In this document: positions 47,259-58,986 of the stretch, in pieces | Numbering within the stretch: position 1 is the stretch's first letter | How the letters are laid out: every line of letters starts with the position of its first letter | Assembly: GCA_036785375.1 (NCBI GenBank) | Contig: JAWMAR010000424.1 | Coordinates: 186,001 to 250,000, forward strand | Direction: 5' to 3' | Origin: Leucoraja ocellata | Taxonomy: Eukaryota | DNA length: 64,000 bases | Program-made: the position numbers and the translations under genes | The notes under the pieces: generated by a model | What the model was told of the DNA's origin: nothing | The model's input: the letters and a program-made list of their open reading frames with translations, nothing else | Databases searched by the model: none

Positions 47259-48938
47259 TTCTAAAGAAACCTCTTACTCTACAGGGCAATACTAAAAGCT
47301 TCTTTAGGTATGTTAAGAGAAAAATATTTAGTAGGTATGTCTGTCCTCTAGTAATATAACTGCACAAAAAACACAACAGTGAATAGAACTGGTTCATTTG
47401 ACTCTCCATTAATGAAGTTGGATCATTGTGTTTTAATTCTTGTAATTTTTCGTTTAATTCGTGTTTTTTAAACAATTATTACTTCACCAATTTTGAAATT
47501 TCTACTATCCAGGGGCAATAGGCAGGGATGCGCATTATCACCCCTGCTATTTGCTCTTGTGATAGAGCCCCTAGCAGAAAGTATAAGAATGCATCCGAAT
47601 ATCCATGGTTATAATACCAAACACTCAAACAATAAAATTTCATTATATGCAGATGGCGTATTATTATACATTACAAAATCGCAAATCAGCATACCAAATA
47701 TATTAAATTTAATAGAGGAATTTGGTTCCTTTTCAGGATATAGAATAAATTGGAATAAAAGCGAAATTATGACGATAAAACCTCAAGAGACGACACCTTT
47801 TAAAATTCCCCTTTAGAATTGCAACAGAAACATTTAAATATTTGGGTATCCAAATTACTAGAAAATTTAAATCTTTATTTAATGCAAACTATATGCCTTT
47901 ACTAACTAAATTAAATGCGTTGGAAAAAACTCCTGATGTCTTTAATAGGCAGAATAAATGCTATAAAAATGATTTTTTGACCACAAATTTTGTATTTATT
48001 TCAATCAATACCAATATACCTTCCTAAAAAATTCTTTAAAAAACTTGACTGATATTATAAACTTCATATGGGACTATAAATCACATAGAATTCAAAGAAA
48101 ACATCTGAGTAAACCTAAAAAATTTGGCGGACTGACACTCCCCAATTTTTTGTATTACTATTGGGCAGTGAACATCAAAAATGCAATTCATTGGTTGGAT
48201 AAGTCTGCTCAACAAGTAGATTGGATAATAATGCAGAAAGAGGATTGCTCGCCTTTTAATATAGGAGCGATCCTTCTCTCCCCGATAAAACGGGAATAAT
48301 ACAATATACAAGAAGAATCCAATTATTCATAGTACAATACGAATTTGGAAACAAATAAAATTAACTCTCAAATTAAGAAATCTATCACTTCTTTCTCCAA
48401 TAGTTAATAACCCGTCACTTAAACCATCTATTATTGATAAAACATTTACCCATTGGGAAAGAACAGGAATTAAAACGCTTGGAGACATGTATGAAATGGG
48501 AAAACTTTTATCATTTCAACAACTACAACTAAAATACAACCTGAAAAGTAATCAATATTTCAAATACCTACAAATGCGAGATTACTTGAAGAAACACACA
48601 CAAGAATATCAAACCTTAACCTCAGATCTATTAGATGAAGGAATGAACAGAAAAGCGGAATCAAGTAATTTAATATCATATTTGCATAACATCATTTTAA
48701 ATATAGAAATACCATCGTCAGAGGCAATTAGAATGGACTGGGGACAAGAATTATCTATAAAAATTCCGAATGACAGATGGGAAAAATACTTGCTATATGT
48801 ACATAAATGCTTGATTAATGTAAGACATAACTTAATTCAATTTAAAATTTTAAATAGATTATATTACTCGAAAACCAAACTGAATAAAACATTTTTCCAA
48901 ATGTTTCTCCCATCTGTGATAAATGCTTATCTCAAAAT

Positions 48939-51831
48939 ATGTATGAGAATAAGAGAATAAGAGAGGGTGGGTTTCTTAAATGTGTATATTTTAATGCTAG
49001 GAGCATTGTACGAAAGGTGGATGAGCTTAGAGTCTGGATTGACACCTGGAAGTATGATGTTGTGGCGATCAGTGAAACATGGTTGCAGGAGGGCTTTGAT
49101 TTGAAACTAAATATTCCAGGATTTTGTTGCTTCAGGTGTGATAGAATTGGAGGGGCAAGAGGTGGAGGTGTTGCATTGCTTATCAGGGAAGATATTGCAG
49201 CAGTGCTTTGGCAGGATAGATTAGAGGGCTCGTCTAGGGGGGCTATTTGGGTGGAACTGAGAAATGGGAAAGGGTAGCAACACTTATAGGGGTGTATTAT
49301 AGACCACCAAATGGGGAGCGAGAATTGGAAGAGCAAATATGTAAGGAGATTGCAGATATTAGTAGTAAGCACAAGGTAGTGATTGTGGCAGATTTCAATT
49401 TTCCACACATAGACTGGGAAACACATTCTGTAAATGGGCTGGATGGGTTGGAGTTTGTAAAATGTGTGCAGGATAGTTTTTTGCAGCAATACATAGAAGT
49501 ACCTACTAGAGAAGGGGCGGTGCTGGACCTCCTGTTAGGAAATGAGACGGGTCAGGTGGCAGAGGTATGCTTTGGGGAACAGTTCGGGACCAGTGATCAC
49601 AATACCATTAGTTTCAATATAATTATGGAGAGGGGCAGAACAGGACCTAGGGTTGAGATTTTTGATTGGAGAAAGGCTAACTTTGAGGAGATGCGAAAGG
49701 ATTTAAAAGAAGTAAATTGGGACATTTTGTTTTATGGGAAAGATGTGGAAGAGAAATGGAGTACATTTAAAGGTGAAATTTTAAGAGTGCAGAAACTTTA
49801 TGTCCCTGTTCGGTTGAAAGGAAATCGTAAAAATTGTAAAGAGCCATGGCTTTCAAGGGAAATTGGACACTTGGTTCGGAAAAAGAGGGAGATCTACAAT
49901 AATTATAGGCAGAATGGATTAAATGAGGTGCTTGAGGAGTATAAAGAATGTAAAAAGAATCTTAAGAAAGAAATTAGAAAAGCTAAAAGAAGATATGAGG
50001 TTGCTTTATAAACGAAATAAAATTTCGTTCAGACTTCGGTCTNNNNNNNNNNNNNNNNNNNNNNNNNNNNNNNNNNNNNNNNNNNNNNNNNNNNNNNNNN
50101 NNNNNNNNNNNNNNNNNNNNNNNNNNNNNNNNNNNNNNNNNNNNNNNNNNNNNNNNNNNNNNNNNNNNNNNNNNNNNNNNNNNNNNNNNNNNNNNNNNNN
50201 NNNNNNNNAAATCCGAAGGGTTTCTACCGCTATATTAATAGCAAAAGGATAACGAGGGATAAAATTGGTCCATTAGAGAGTCAGAGTGGACAACTATCTG
50301 CAGAGCCAAAAGAGATGGGGGAGATATTGAACAGTTTCTTTTCTTCGGTATTCACCAAGGAGATTCACCGGGAGATTGGCGTACTGCGCATGTTGTTCCA
50401 TTGTTTAAAAAGGGGTCTAAGAGTAAACCTAGCAATTATAGACCTGTTAGTTTGACGTCAGTGGTGGGCAAATTAATGGAAAGAATACTTAGAGATAATA
50501 TATATAAGCATCTGGATAAACAGGGTCTGATTAGGAACAGTCAACATGGATTTGTGCCTGGAAGGTCATGTTTGACTAATCTTCTTGAATTTTTTGAAGA
50601 GGTTACTCGGGAAATTGATGAGGGTAAAGCAGTGGATGTTGCATATATAGACTTCAGTAAGGCCTTTGACAAGGTTCCTCATGGAAGGTTGGTTAAGAAG
50701 GTTCAATGGTTGGGTATTAATGGTGGAGTAGCAAGATGGATTCAACAGTGGCTGAATGAGAGATGCCAGAGAGTAATGGTGGATGGTTGTTTGTCAGGTT
50801 GGAGGCCAGTGACTAGTGGGGTGCCACAGGGATCTGTGTTGGGTCCACTGTTGTTTGTCATGTACATCAATGATCTGGATGATGGTGTGGTAAATTGGAT
50901 TAGTAAATATGCAGATGATACTAAGATAGGAGGGGTTGTGGATAATGAAGTAGATTTTCAAAGTCTACAGAGAGATTTATGCCAGTTGGAAGAGTGGACT
51001 GAAAGATGGCAGATGGAGTTTAATGCTGATAAGTGTGAGGTGCTACATCTTGGCAGGACAAATCAAAATAGGACGTACATGGTAAATGGTAGGGAATTGA
51101 AGAATGTAGGTGAACAGAGGGATCTGGGAATAACTGTGCACAGTTCCCTGAAAGTGGAATCTCATGTAGATAGGGTGGTAAAGAAAGCTTTTGGTGTGCT
51201 GGCCTTTATAAATTAGAGCATTGAGTATAGAAGTTGGGATGTAATGTTAAGATTGTACAAGGCATTGGTGAGGCCAATTCTGGAGTATGGTGTACAATTT
51301 TGGTTGCCTAATTATAGGAAGGATGTCAACAAAATAGAGAGAGTACAGAGGAGATTTACTAGAATGTTGCCTGGGTTTCAGCAACTAAGTTACAGAGAAA
51401 GGTTGAACAAGTTAGGGCTTTATTCTTTGGAGCGCAGAAGGTTAAGGGGGGACTTGATAGAGGTTTTTTAAATGATGAGAGGGATAGACAGAGTTGACGT
51501 TGAAAAGCTTTTCCCACTGAGAGTAGGGAAGATTCAAACAAGGGGACATGACTTGAGAATTAAGGGACTGAAGTTTAGGGGTAACATGAGGGGGAACTTC
51601 TTTACTCAGTGAGTGGTGGCTGTGTGGAATGAGCTTCCAGTGAAGGTGGTGGAGGCAGGTTCGTTTTTATCATTTAAAAATAAATTGGATAGTTATATGG
51701 ACGGGAAGGGAATGGAAGGTTATGGTCTGAGCGCAGGTATATGGGACTGGGGGAAAATATGTGTTCGGCACGGACTAGAAGGGTCGAGATGGCCTGTTTC
51801 CGTGCTGTAATTGTTATATGGTTATATGGTT
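48939..51831 (+). mobile_element. CR1 LINE, 5'-truncated, spanning an assembly gap
   Basis: EN and RT ORFs closely match 16210-20306. AAAAT duplicated at 48934-48938 and 51832-51836. Confidence 0.9.
50043..50208. other. Assembly gap (N run)
   Basis: 166 N. Confidence 1.
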
Positions 51832-52759
51832 AAAATGCTACTATAGTACACTCTTTTGTCTCTTGCATAAAACTTCATACATTTTGGAATGAAATCTTTG
51901 GAATTTTTACAAAATTATTTAAAATAAAATTGAACCCCAATACAGAACTGATTATCTTTGGATCAATGGAAGTGTAAGCTGACTTTGTTTCAAAAATGTC
52001 TCCTTAATTGTGGCTTAATAACGGCAAAAAAATTATACTTAAATTCTGGAAAAATGCACCCACACCAACGCTCAAAATGTGGATTTCAAACATGTCGGAA
52101 ATGTTACATCTTGAAGATATGAGATCAAAAATGCAATTCATGGGTTGGACAAGTCTGCTCAACAAGTAGACTGGATAATAATGCAGAAAGAGGATTGCTC
52201 TCCTTTTAAAATTCCCCTTTAGATTTGCAACAGAAAAATTAATCCTATCAGGCAAATCAGACCAATTCTTAAAGATTTGGTCTCCCTTTATCAACTTATT
52301 ACAAGCACATGGTGCAACGCAAACTTAGAAATTAACTGTTTCAGAACTGGGTGAGGGGTGGGTAAAGATACGAAGTAGGTATATCCCTTTCAATTTCTCT
52401 TTTTTCTTCTCTTTTTTTCTTCTCTATTCCTTTTCTTTCTTATTTCACCTTCTTGTTTTCTTTCGGGCTATAAGGCCTTATGAGCTCTTTTTTTCCCCTA
52501 TTTTTTCACGGATTAACAATATTACTACTTTATATAATATTCCCTTCCTCTCTATTTCTTGCTTTTCTTACTCTTCTTTTTTACTATTAAATTTAAAATA
52601 AGAAGTTGTACATGAAATGTAACATGTTATTCATGTCTTATATTATTGTACACTACTTCTAATAAAAATATTTTAAAACAAATTAAAAAAAGAATGCTCC
52701 CCTCTCTGCAACTTAACTGAACAGCGCAGCAACAAGCTATTCAGCCCACAATGTCTACT

Positions 52760-53225
52760 CAAGTGTTCAAGTTCAAGTGAGTGTTCAAGTGAGTTTATTG
52801 TCATGTGTCCCTGTATAGGACAATGAAATTCTTGCTTTGCTTAAGCACACAGAAAATTGTAGGCATTTACTACAAAACAGATAAATGTGTCCATATACCA
52901 TGATATAAATATATACATACATGAGTAAATAAACTGATAAAGTGCTAATAGCAGAAAGTGGTTATTAATAATCAGAGTTTTGTCCGAGCCAGGTTTAATA
53001 GCCTGATGGCTGTGGGGAAGTAGCTATTCCTGAACCTGGTTGTTGCAGTCTTCAGGCTCCTGTACCTTCTACCTGAAGGTAGCAGGGAGATGAGTGTGTG
53101 GCCAGGATGGTGTGGGTCTTTGATGATACTGCCAGACTTTTTGAGGGAGCGACTGCGATAAATCCCCTCGATGGAAGGAAGGTCAGAGCCGATGATGGAC
53201 TGGGCAGTGTTTACTACTTTTTGTA
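52760..53225 (-). mobile_element. Rex1/Babar LINE 3' end; related pieces at ~54290-54630, ~39715-40015 and ~55030-55325
   Basis: QKVVNTAQSIIGSDLPSIE..IIKDPHHPGH..LLPSGRRYRS..RFRNSYFP and (TTGAAC)n tail. Confidence 0.8.
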
Positions 53226-53426
53226 CTCTGAACATAATGCCAAGACCATCTCTTATCTACCTGTACTTATGTGTAGCCCATATCCCTCCATTCCCTGCAT
53301 TTCCATGTGTTTATCAGTGCAGTAGATTTAGTTTATCGTCATATCAAGGTGTGCATTTTGTTGCTTTTGTTGTGTGCTAACCAGTCAGTGGAAAGACAAT
53401 TACAATTGAGCCATCTATAGTGTACA

Positions 53427-53683
53427 ACTGGGCGAAGCAGGATCACCACGGGAGTGCGTGCAGCTGGGAAGGGGCGCGCCACAGAAACATAGAGTAAACG
53501 CGCCGCGCGTGGGGCTCGGGCCACTTTGGCTTCTACTGCGACGCCCACCCAGCTGTGTCCCATATGTGAACGAGCCTTCCAGGCCCAGATCGGGTTCACC
53601 AGTCACCTGGGGACCCACTAACAAAAACACTGAAGTCATCGTCTTCTTCGACTATGCAGGATGAACAACAAACAACAACAACA
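53427..53683 (+). mobile_element. RTE-clade LINE 3' end
   Basis: CPICERAFQAQIGFTSHLGTH* C2H2-like RTE terminus, short 3' UTR and (CAA)n tail. Confidence 0.75.
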
Positions 53684-53784
53684 GATACATGATCAGAGAA
53701 TAACGTTCAGTGGAAGAGAAGGCCAGTGAAGTCCAATCAAAGCTAGTCCATGGCTCACCAAAGAGGTAGATGGTATTTCAGCAC

Positions 53785-54282
53785 TTTGAGGAAGGACATT
53801 CTTGCTATTGAAGGAGTGCAGCGTAGGTTTACGAGGTTAATTCCCGGGATGGCGGGACTGTCATATGCTGAGAGAATGGAGCAGGTGGGCTTGTACACTC
53901 TGGAGTTTAGAATGATGAGAGGATATCTCATTGAAACATATAAGATTGTTAAGGGCTTGGACACACTAGAGGCAGGAAACATGTTCCCGATGTTGGGGGA
54001 GTCCAAAACCAGGGGCCACAGTTTAAAAATAAGGAGTAAGCCATTTAGAATGGAGACGAGGAATCACTTTTTCTCACAGAGAGTGGTGAGTCTCTGGATG
54101 CTTTCAAGAGAGAGCTAGATAGGGCTCTTAAAAATAGCGGAGTCAAGGGATATGTGGAGAAGGCAGGAACAGGGTACTGATTGGGGATGATCAGCCATGA
54201 TCACATTGAATGGCGGTGCTAGCTTGAAGGGTCAAATGGCCTACTCCTGCACCTGTTGTCTTTTGTCTATTGTCTATTGTTA
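53785..54282 (+). mobile_element. CR1 3' fragment with (CTATTGT)n tail
   Basis: [28 protein letters not shown]. Confidence 0.85.
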
Positions 54283-55661
54283 TCTAGTTGGTGATAGGAT
54301 GGTTCCGTTGCCTAATAACAGCTGGGAAGAAACTGTCCCTGAATCTGGAGGTGTGCATTTTCACACTTCTATATCCTTTGTCTGATGGGAGAGGGGAGAA
54401 GAGGGAGTGGCCAGGATGCGACTCATCCTTGATTATGTTGCTGGCCTTGCCGAGGCAGCATGAGGTATAAATGGAGTCAATGGAAGGGAGGTTGGTTTGT
54501 GTGATGGTCTGAGTTGTGTCCACAATTCACTGCAATATCGTGTGGTCTTGGTTGCAGCTGTTCCCAAACAAGGCGATAAAATGCTTCCCACAGTGTATCT
54601 GTAGAATTTGGTGGGAGTTGTAGGGGATGTTTTGGATGTGCCTATCAAAAGGTCTCCTAAATGTCACTATTGTATCTGCCTCCACCACCACCCCTGTTAT
54701 AGTGCATTCCAGGCATCCACCACCCTCTGTGTAAAAAAACTTGCCCCACACATCTCCTTTAAACTTTGCTCCTCTAACCTTAAAGCAGCAGCTTCTAGTA
54801 TTTGATATTTTCATCCTGGGAAAATGGTTCTGACTGTCATCCCTACCTGCGCCTCTCATAATTTGATATACTTCAATCAGGTCTTTCTACAACCTCTGGC
54901 ATTCCAGAGAAAACAATCCAAGTCTGTCCAAGCTCTCCCTGTAGCTAATGCCCTCGAATCCATCCATTCTGGGAAATCTCCTCTGCACTCTCTCCAAACC
55001 TTCCAGACCCTTTCTGTAATGGGGTGAACAGAAGTGTGAAAACGCACACCTCCAGATTCATGGACAGTTTCTTCCCAGCTATTATCAGGCAGCAGAACCA
55101 CCCTACCACAAGTGGAGAGTAGTCCTGAACTACTATCTACTTCATTCGTGACCTTTGGACTATCTTTAATCTGACTTTACTGGCTTTATTTTGCACTAGG
55201 CGTAATTATCATGCATCTGTACACTGTGAATGGTTTGATGTAATCATGTATTGTCTTTCCACTGACTGGTTAGCATGCAACCAAAGTATTTTATGTACCT
55301 CTTTACATGTGACAATAAACTAAACTGACGTGAAACAGAACTGCCCACAACAGTCTAAATGCAGGTGAAACAAAGTCCCATGAAACTGAATCATGACTTC
55401 CTGACTCTTATATTCAAAGCCCCAACCAATGAATGCAAGCACACCATGTGCCTACTTTATCATATTAATGTCTTCAGATGCTAATGGTTCTAACATTCCT
55501 AACTCCGATGAAGAGACCCCAGCCTGAGGAAATGACCCTGTTCCATTCCCTGGCAATGTTTTGGACCTGCTTAGTGCTTCCAGTATTGTCTGCTTTTGTT
55601 TTCTATCTCCAGCACCTGCAGTCTCTTCCTTTAATATTTAAATGTACATTTTTTAATGCAG

Positions 55662-55973
55662 CTCGACCAAACGTTATATTGACACAGTCCATCACAACTG
55701 AGAAAGGTTCAGAAGTTTCTCTGACATGCAAAGCCAGTGGATTTTACCCTCGACCGATAAAGATCACCTGGGTGAAGATAACAGGAAGAAGAAATGTTTC
55801 CATGACTAACTATACAACTCAAATCACTGCCAATGGTGATCGCACTTTCAATGCTGAGAGTGAACTGAAGATTCACCCGACATTGAAGGATAATGGTGAT
55901 CAATACAGATGCGTTGTGACACATCAAACATTACCGAATGGTCTCACAATAGAACCTTCTCTCATCGTGCCAG
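55662..55973 (+). CDS. NCR3LG1: IgC1-domain exon, copy B, of B7-H6-like protein
   Basis: Same splice sites and 312-nt length as copy A. Five substitutions. Confidence 0.85.
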
Positions 55974-58239
55974 GTGAGTTGAACACAGTGCGAGAGTCTA
56001 GGACCAGAGGCTACAGCCTCAGAATCAAGGACGCACCTTTAGACAGATGTGGAGGAATTTCTTTAGTCAGAGGGCGGTGAATCTTTGGAATTCATTGCCA
56101 CAGACGGCTGTGGAGGCCAAGTCATTGGACATTTTTAAGGCAGATTGTTGGATTCTTGATTAGTACGGGTGTCGGGGTTATGGGGACAAGCTAGGAGATT
56201 GCGATTGGGTGGGAAAGATAGATCAGCCATAATTGAAAGGTGGAGTAGACTTGATGAATTAGTCTGAATTGCCTAATTCTGCTCCTATCATATGAATTTG
56301 AACTTATCTAAGCATTTGGCCCTTATCCCTCTAAACTTTTCTTATCCATGTACTATACAAAAATATTTTAAATGCTGTTATAGTACCAGCCCTAACTCCC
56401 TCCTCTGGCAGCTTGTTCCATTTACCCACCGCCCTCTGAATGTGACCGTTTCCCCTCAGCTTCCTATCTTTCCCCACTCACCTATGTCCCCTGGTTCTTG
56501 ATTCCCCTTGGCTGGGGGGTAAAAGTCTCTGTGCATCCACCCCATCTATTCCTCTCATGATTCAATACACATTTAATAATTAAATAATTAGAGGTGTTAG
56601 CCTTTTGTAATGAGCGCTGATGTACATCATCCATGAATAAAGTGAGGGGTCAGATGTGAAGTGCATCAGGACCCTCAGCTCTGGAGATAACTGTTTCACT
56701 GATGGAGTCAGTGTGTGGCTCAGCGGCAAAATGGATTCAGGGCAATGAGCAGTGTTCCACAGTTGAATCACCACCGGTTCAATGTTTGTCTGGTTATGTC
56801 TAACAAGTCAGGTTCTAGAAAATTAATCTAGATATATACAACTTTGCAGATTGCCATATATCTAGGACCACTGATCATTCCCAGAGTCTGGGGCAGCACA
56901 GAATTGCATCAAGTAGAGTTGCTGCCTCATGGCTCCAGAGACCGAGGTTCGATCCTGACCACGGGTGCCGTCTGTGTGGAGTTTGCCCGTGCTCCCTGTG
57001 ACCACGTGGGTTTCCTCCGGGTGCTCCAGTTTCCACCAGCATCACAAGGACGTGCAGGATTGTAGATTAATTGGCCCTCTGTAAATTGCCCCTAGTTTAT
57101 CGGGAGAAGATGAGAAAGTGGGATAACATAGAACTAGTGTGAACAGGTGATCGATGGTCAGCATGGTCTTGGTGGGCTTTAGGGTCTGATCAATCAATTC
57201 AATCTCTCAATTCAATTCAATACAATTCATCAAATCAAGGATTATTAACACATTCCTGGCCATTTAAGTCAATCTATTGCTTCTTTTATTCAAAGACCAG
57301 AAATCAAATTACTCTTTAATTATAATCTGCATCATGGTGATGATATGTACAATCCTTGGAATCTTAAATGCTGCAGCTGTTTCACACCCGGGAAATAAAC
57401 ACAATATGTACCAGTTAAGTACAGAACCTAGAACAGTACAGCACAGGAGCAGGCCCTTTGGCCCACAATGTTGAACATGATGCCAAGATAAACTCATCTT
57501 CTCTGCCTGTGTGTGGTCCATGTCCCTCCATTCCCTGCATATCCATGTGTCTATTTATAAACCTCCCAAACGCCACTATCGTTTGTATCTGCCTCCACCA
57601 CACATAGCAGTGCGTTCTCGGCATCCACTCTCTGTTTAAAAACATGCCCTGTACATCTTGTTTAAACTTTACTCTTCTCACCTTAAAACTATGCTGTCCA
57701 GATTCTCACTAATACACCCTGGGAAAAAATTCTGACTGCACCTTATCTATTTCCCTCACAATTGTATATACTTCCATCAGTTCTCCCCTCCACTTCCGTC
57801 ATTCCAAAGAAAACAATCCAAATCTATCCAACCTCTCAGTGTAGCTGATCCCCCTAATCCAAGCAAGCGCTCTGATAAACCTCTTCTGCACCCTTTCCAA
57901 AGCCTCCACATTATTTCTGTTATGGGGTGACCAGAACTACACCAATTCCATGAGGGATTAAACCAATCTGATAAGTAGAATAAGTTAGTGATACATTCTG
58001 TGGAATATTGTACATAAATCAAAGCGCTGAAGGAACTGAACGGGTCAGGCAGCATCTGTGGAAGGAATGGAGAGGTGATGTTCCCTCCACAGATGCTGCC
58101 TGACCCACTGAGTCCTCCAGCACTTTGTGTTTTGTTCAAGATTCCAACATCTGCAGATTCTAGTGTCTCTGATGAATGTTGTAAATGGCCTAGTATATTT
58201 ATTATTCACTTTTTCATAGATCTATGCCTGTTTTAACAG

Positions 58240-58341
58240 AACGTGGAAAAACTGGACTGATTATTGGAGGCATCTGTGGCATCGGCATATTTCTCTGTGT
58301 TGTGTGGATAGCATTTTATATCTGGAAGAAGAAATTTAAAG
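58240..58341 (+). CDS. NCR3LG1: Transmembrane exon of B7-H6-like protein
   Basis: TTTTAACAG acceptor, G|GTAAAC donor, 102 nt, phase 1-1. (E)RGKTGLIIGGICGIGIFLCVVWIAFYIWKKKFK: hydrophobic span plus basic stop-transfer. Confidence 0.85.
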
Positions 58342-58577
58342 GTAAACGCTTTTCCATCTTATAGCAATCAACAAAAAAAGTGAAAATTCTGACTGTCTAC
58401 CCTATCTATGTCTCTCATCATTTTATTTACTTCCATCAGATCTCCCCTCAACCTCTGGCATTCCAGAGAAAGATATATTTTCCAGAAAGCTGGAATTGAT
58501 CTGTGTATTTTTATACTTTTTAAACTGGCACCTGGTCAGCTTGTTTCCCGGCTAATTGTCTTGTTTATGTTGTTCAG

Positions 58578-58655
58578 GACAGGTAAATACAACGGACGTT
58601 GAAGACCCAAACCGTACACCACTTATCGCCAAGACGGGCTCACAAACTGCACGAG
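58578..58655 (+). CDS. NCR3LG1: Cytoplasmic exon of B7-H6-like protein
   Basis: TGTTGTTCAG acceptor, G|GTAATT donor, 78 nt, phase 1-1. (G)QVNTTDVEDPNRTPLIAKTGSQTAR. Confidence 0.7.
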
Positions 58656-58823
58656 GTAATTGATTATGGTGATTAATTATATCGAATACAAGATTCCTAT
58701 TCTTCCCACGACACACACAATTAGATGAACTTTTAAACCAAGTTTAGAAACATTAGCACAAAACCACGGGTGCTGTCTGTATGGAGTTTGCACGTTCTCT
58801 CTGTGACTGTGCGGGTTTTCTCC

Positions 58824-58986
58824 NNNNNNNNNNNNNNNNNNNNNNNNNNNNNNNNNNNNNNNNNNNNNNNNNNNNNNNNNNNNNNNNNNNNNNNNNNNNN
58901 NNNNNNNNNNNNNNNNNNNNNNNNNNNNNNNNNNNNNNNNNNNNNNNNNNNNNNNNNNNNNNNNNNNNNNNNNNNNNNNNNNNNNN
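58824..58986. other. Assembly gap (N run)
   Basis: 163 N. Confidence 1.

Larger units (their letters stand above)
47485..52693 (+). mobile_element. L1-clade LINE, 5'-truncated, interrupted by CR1
   Basis: RGNRQGCALSPLLF, YAD(G), GGLTLPNF. The CCHC knuckle CDKCLSQN|ATIVHSFVSC rejoins across the CR1. T-rich 3' UTR, AATAAA and A-rich tail at 52661-52693. Confidence 0.88.
38758..58162 (+). repeat. Tandem duplication containing the IgC1 exon; copy A 38758-47263, copy B 47293-58162
   Basis: Shared blocks: 38758-39504 with 47293-48040, 39505-41480 with 54821-56790, and 45882-47263 with 56789-58162. Junction has 29 nt of filler and no gap. Confidence 0.92.

Noticed and set aside
58600-58630. Dileucine sorting motif in EDPNRTPLI
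   Set aside because: Acidic residue is not at the -4 position required for [DE]xxxL[LI].
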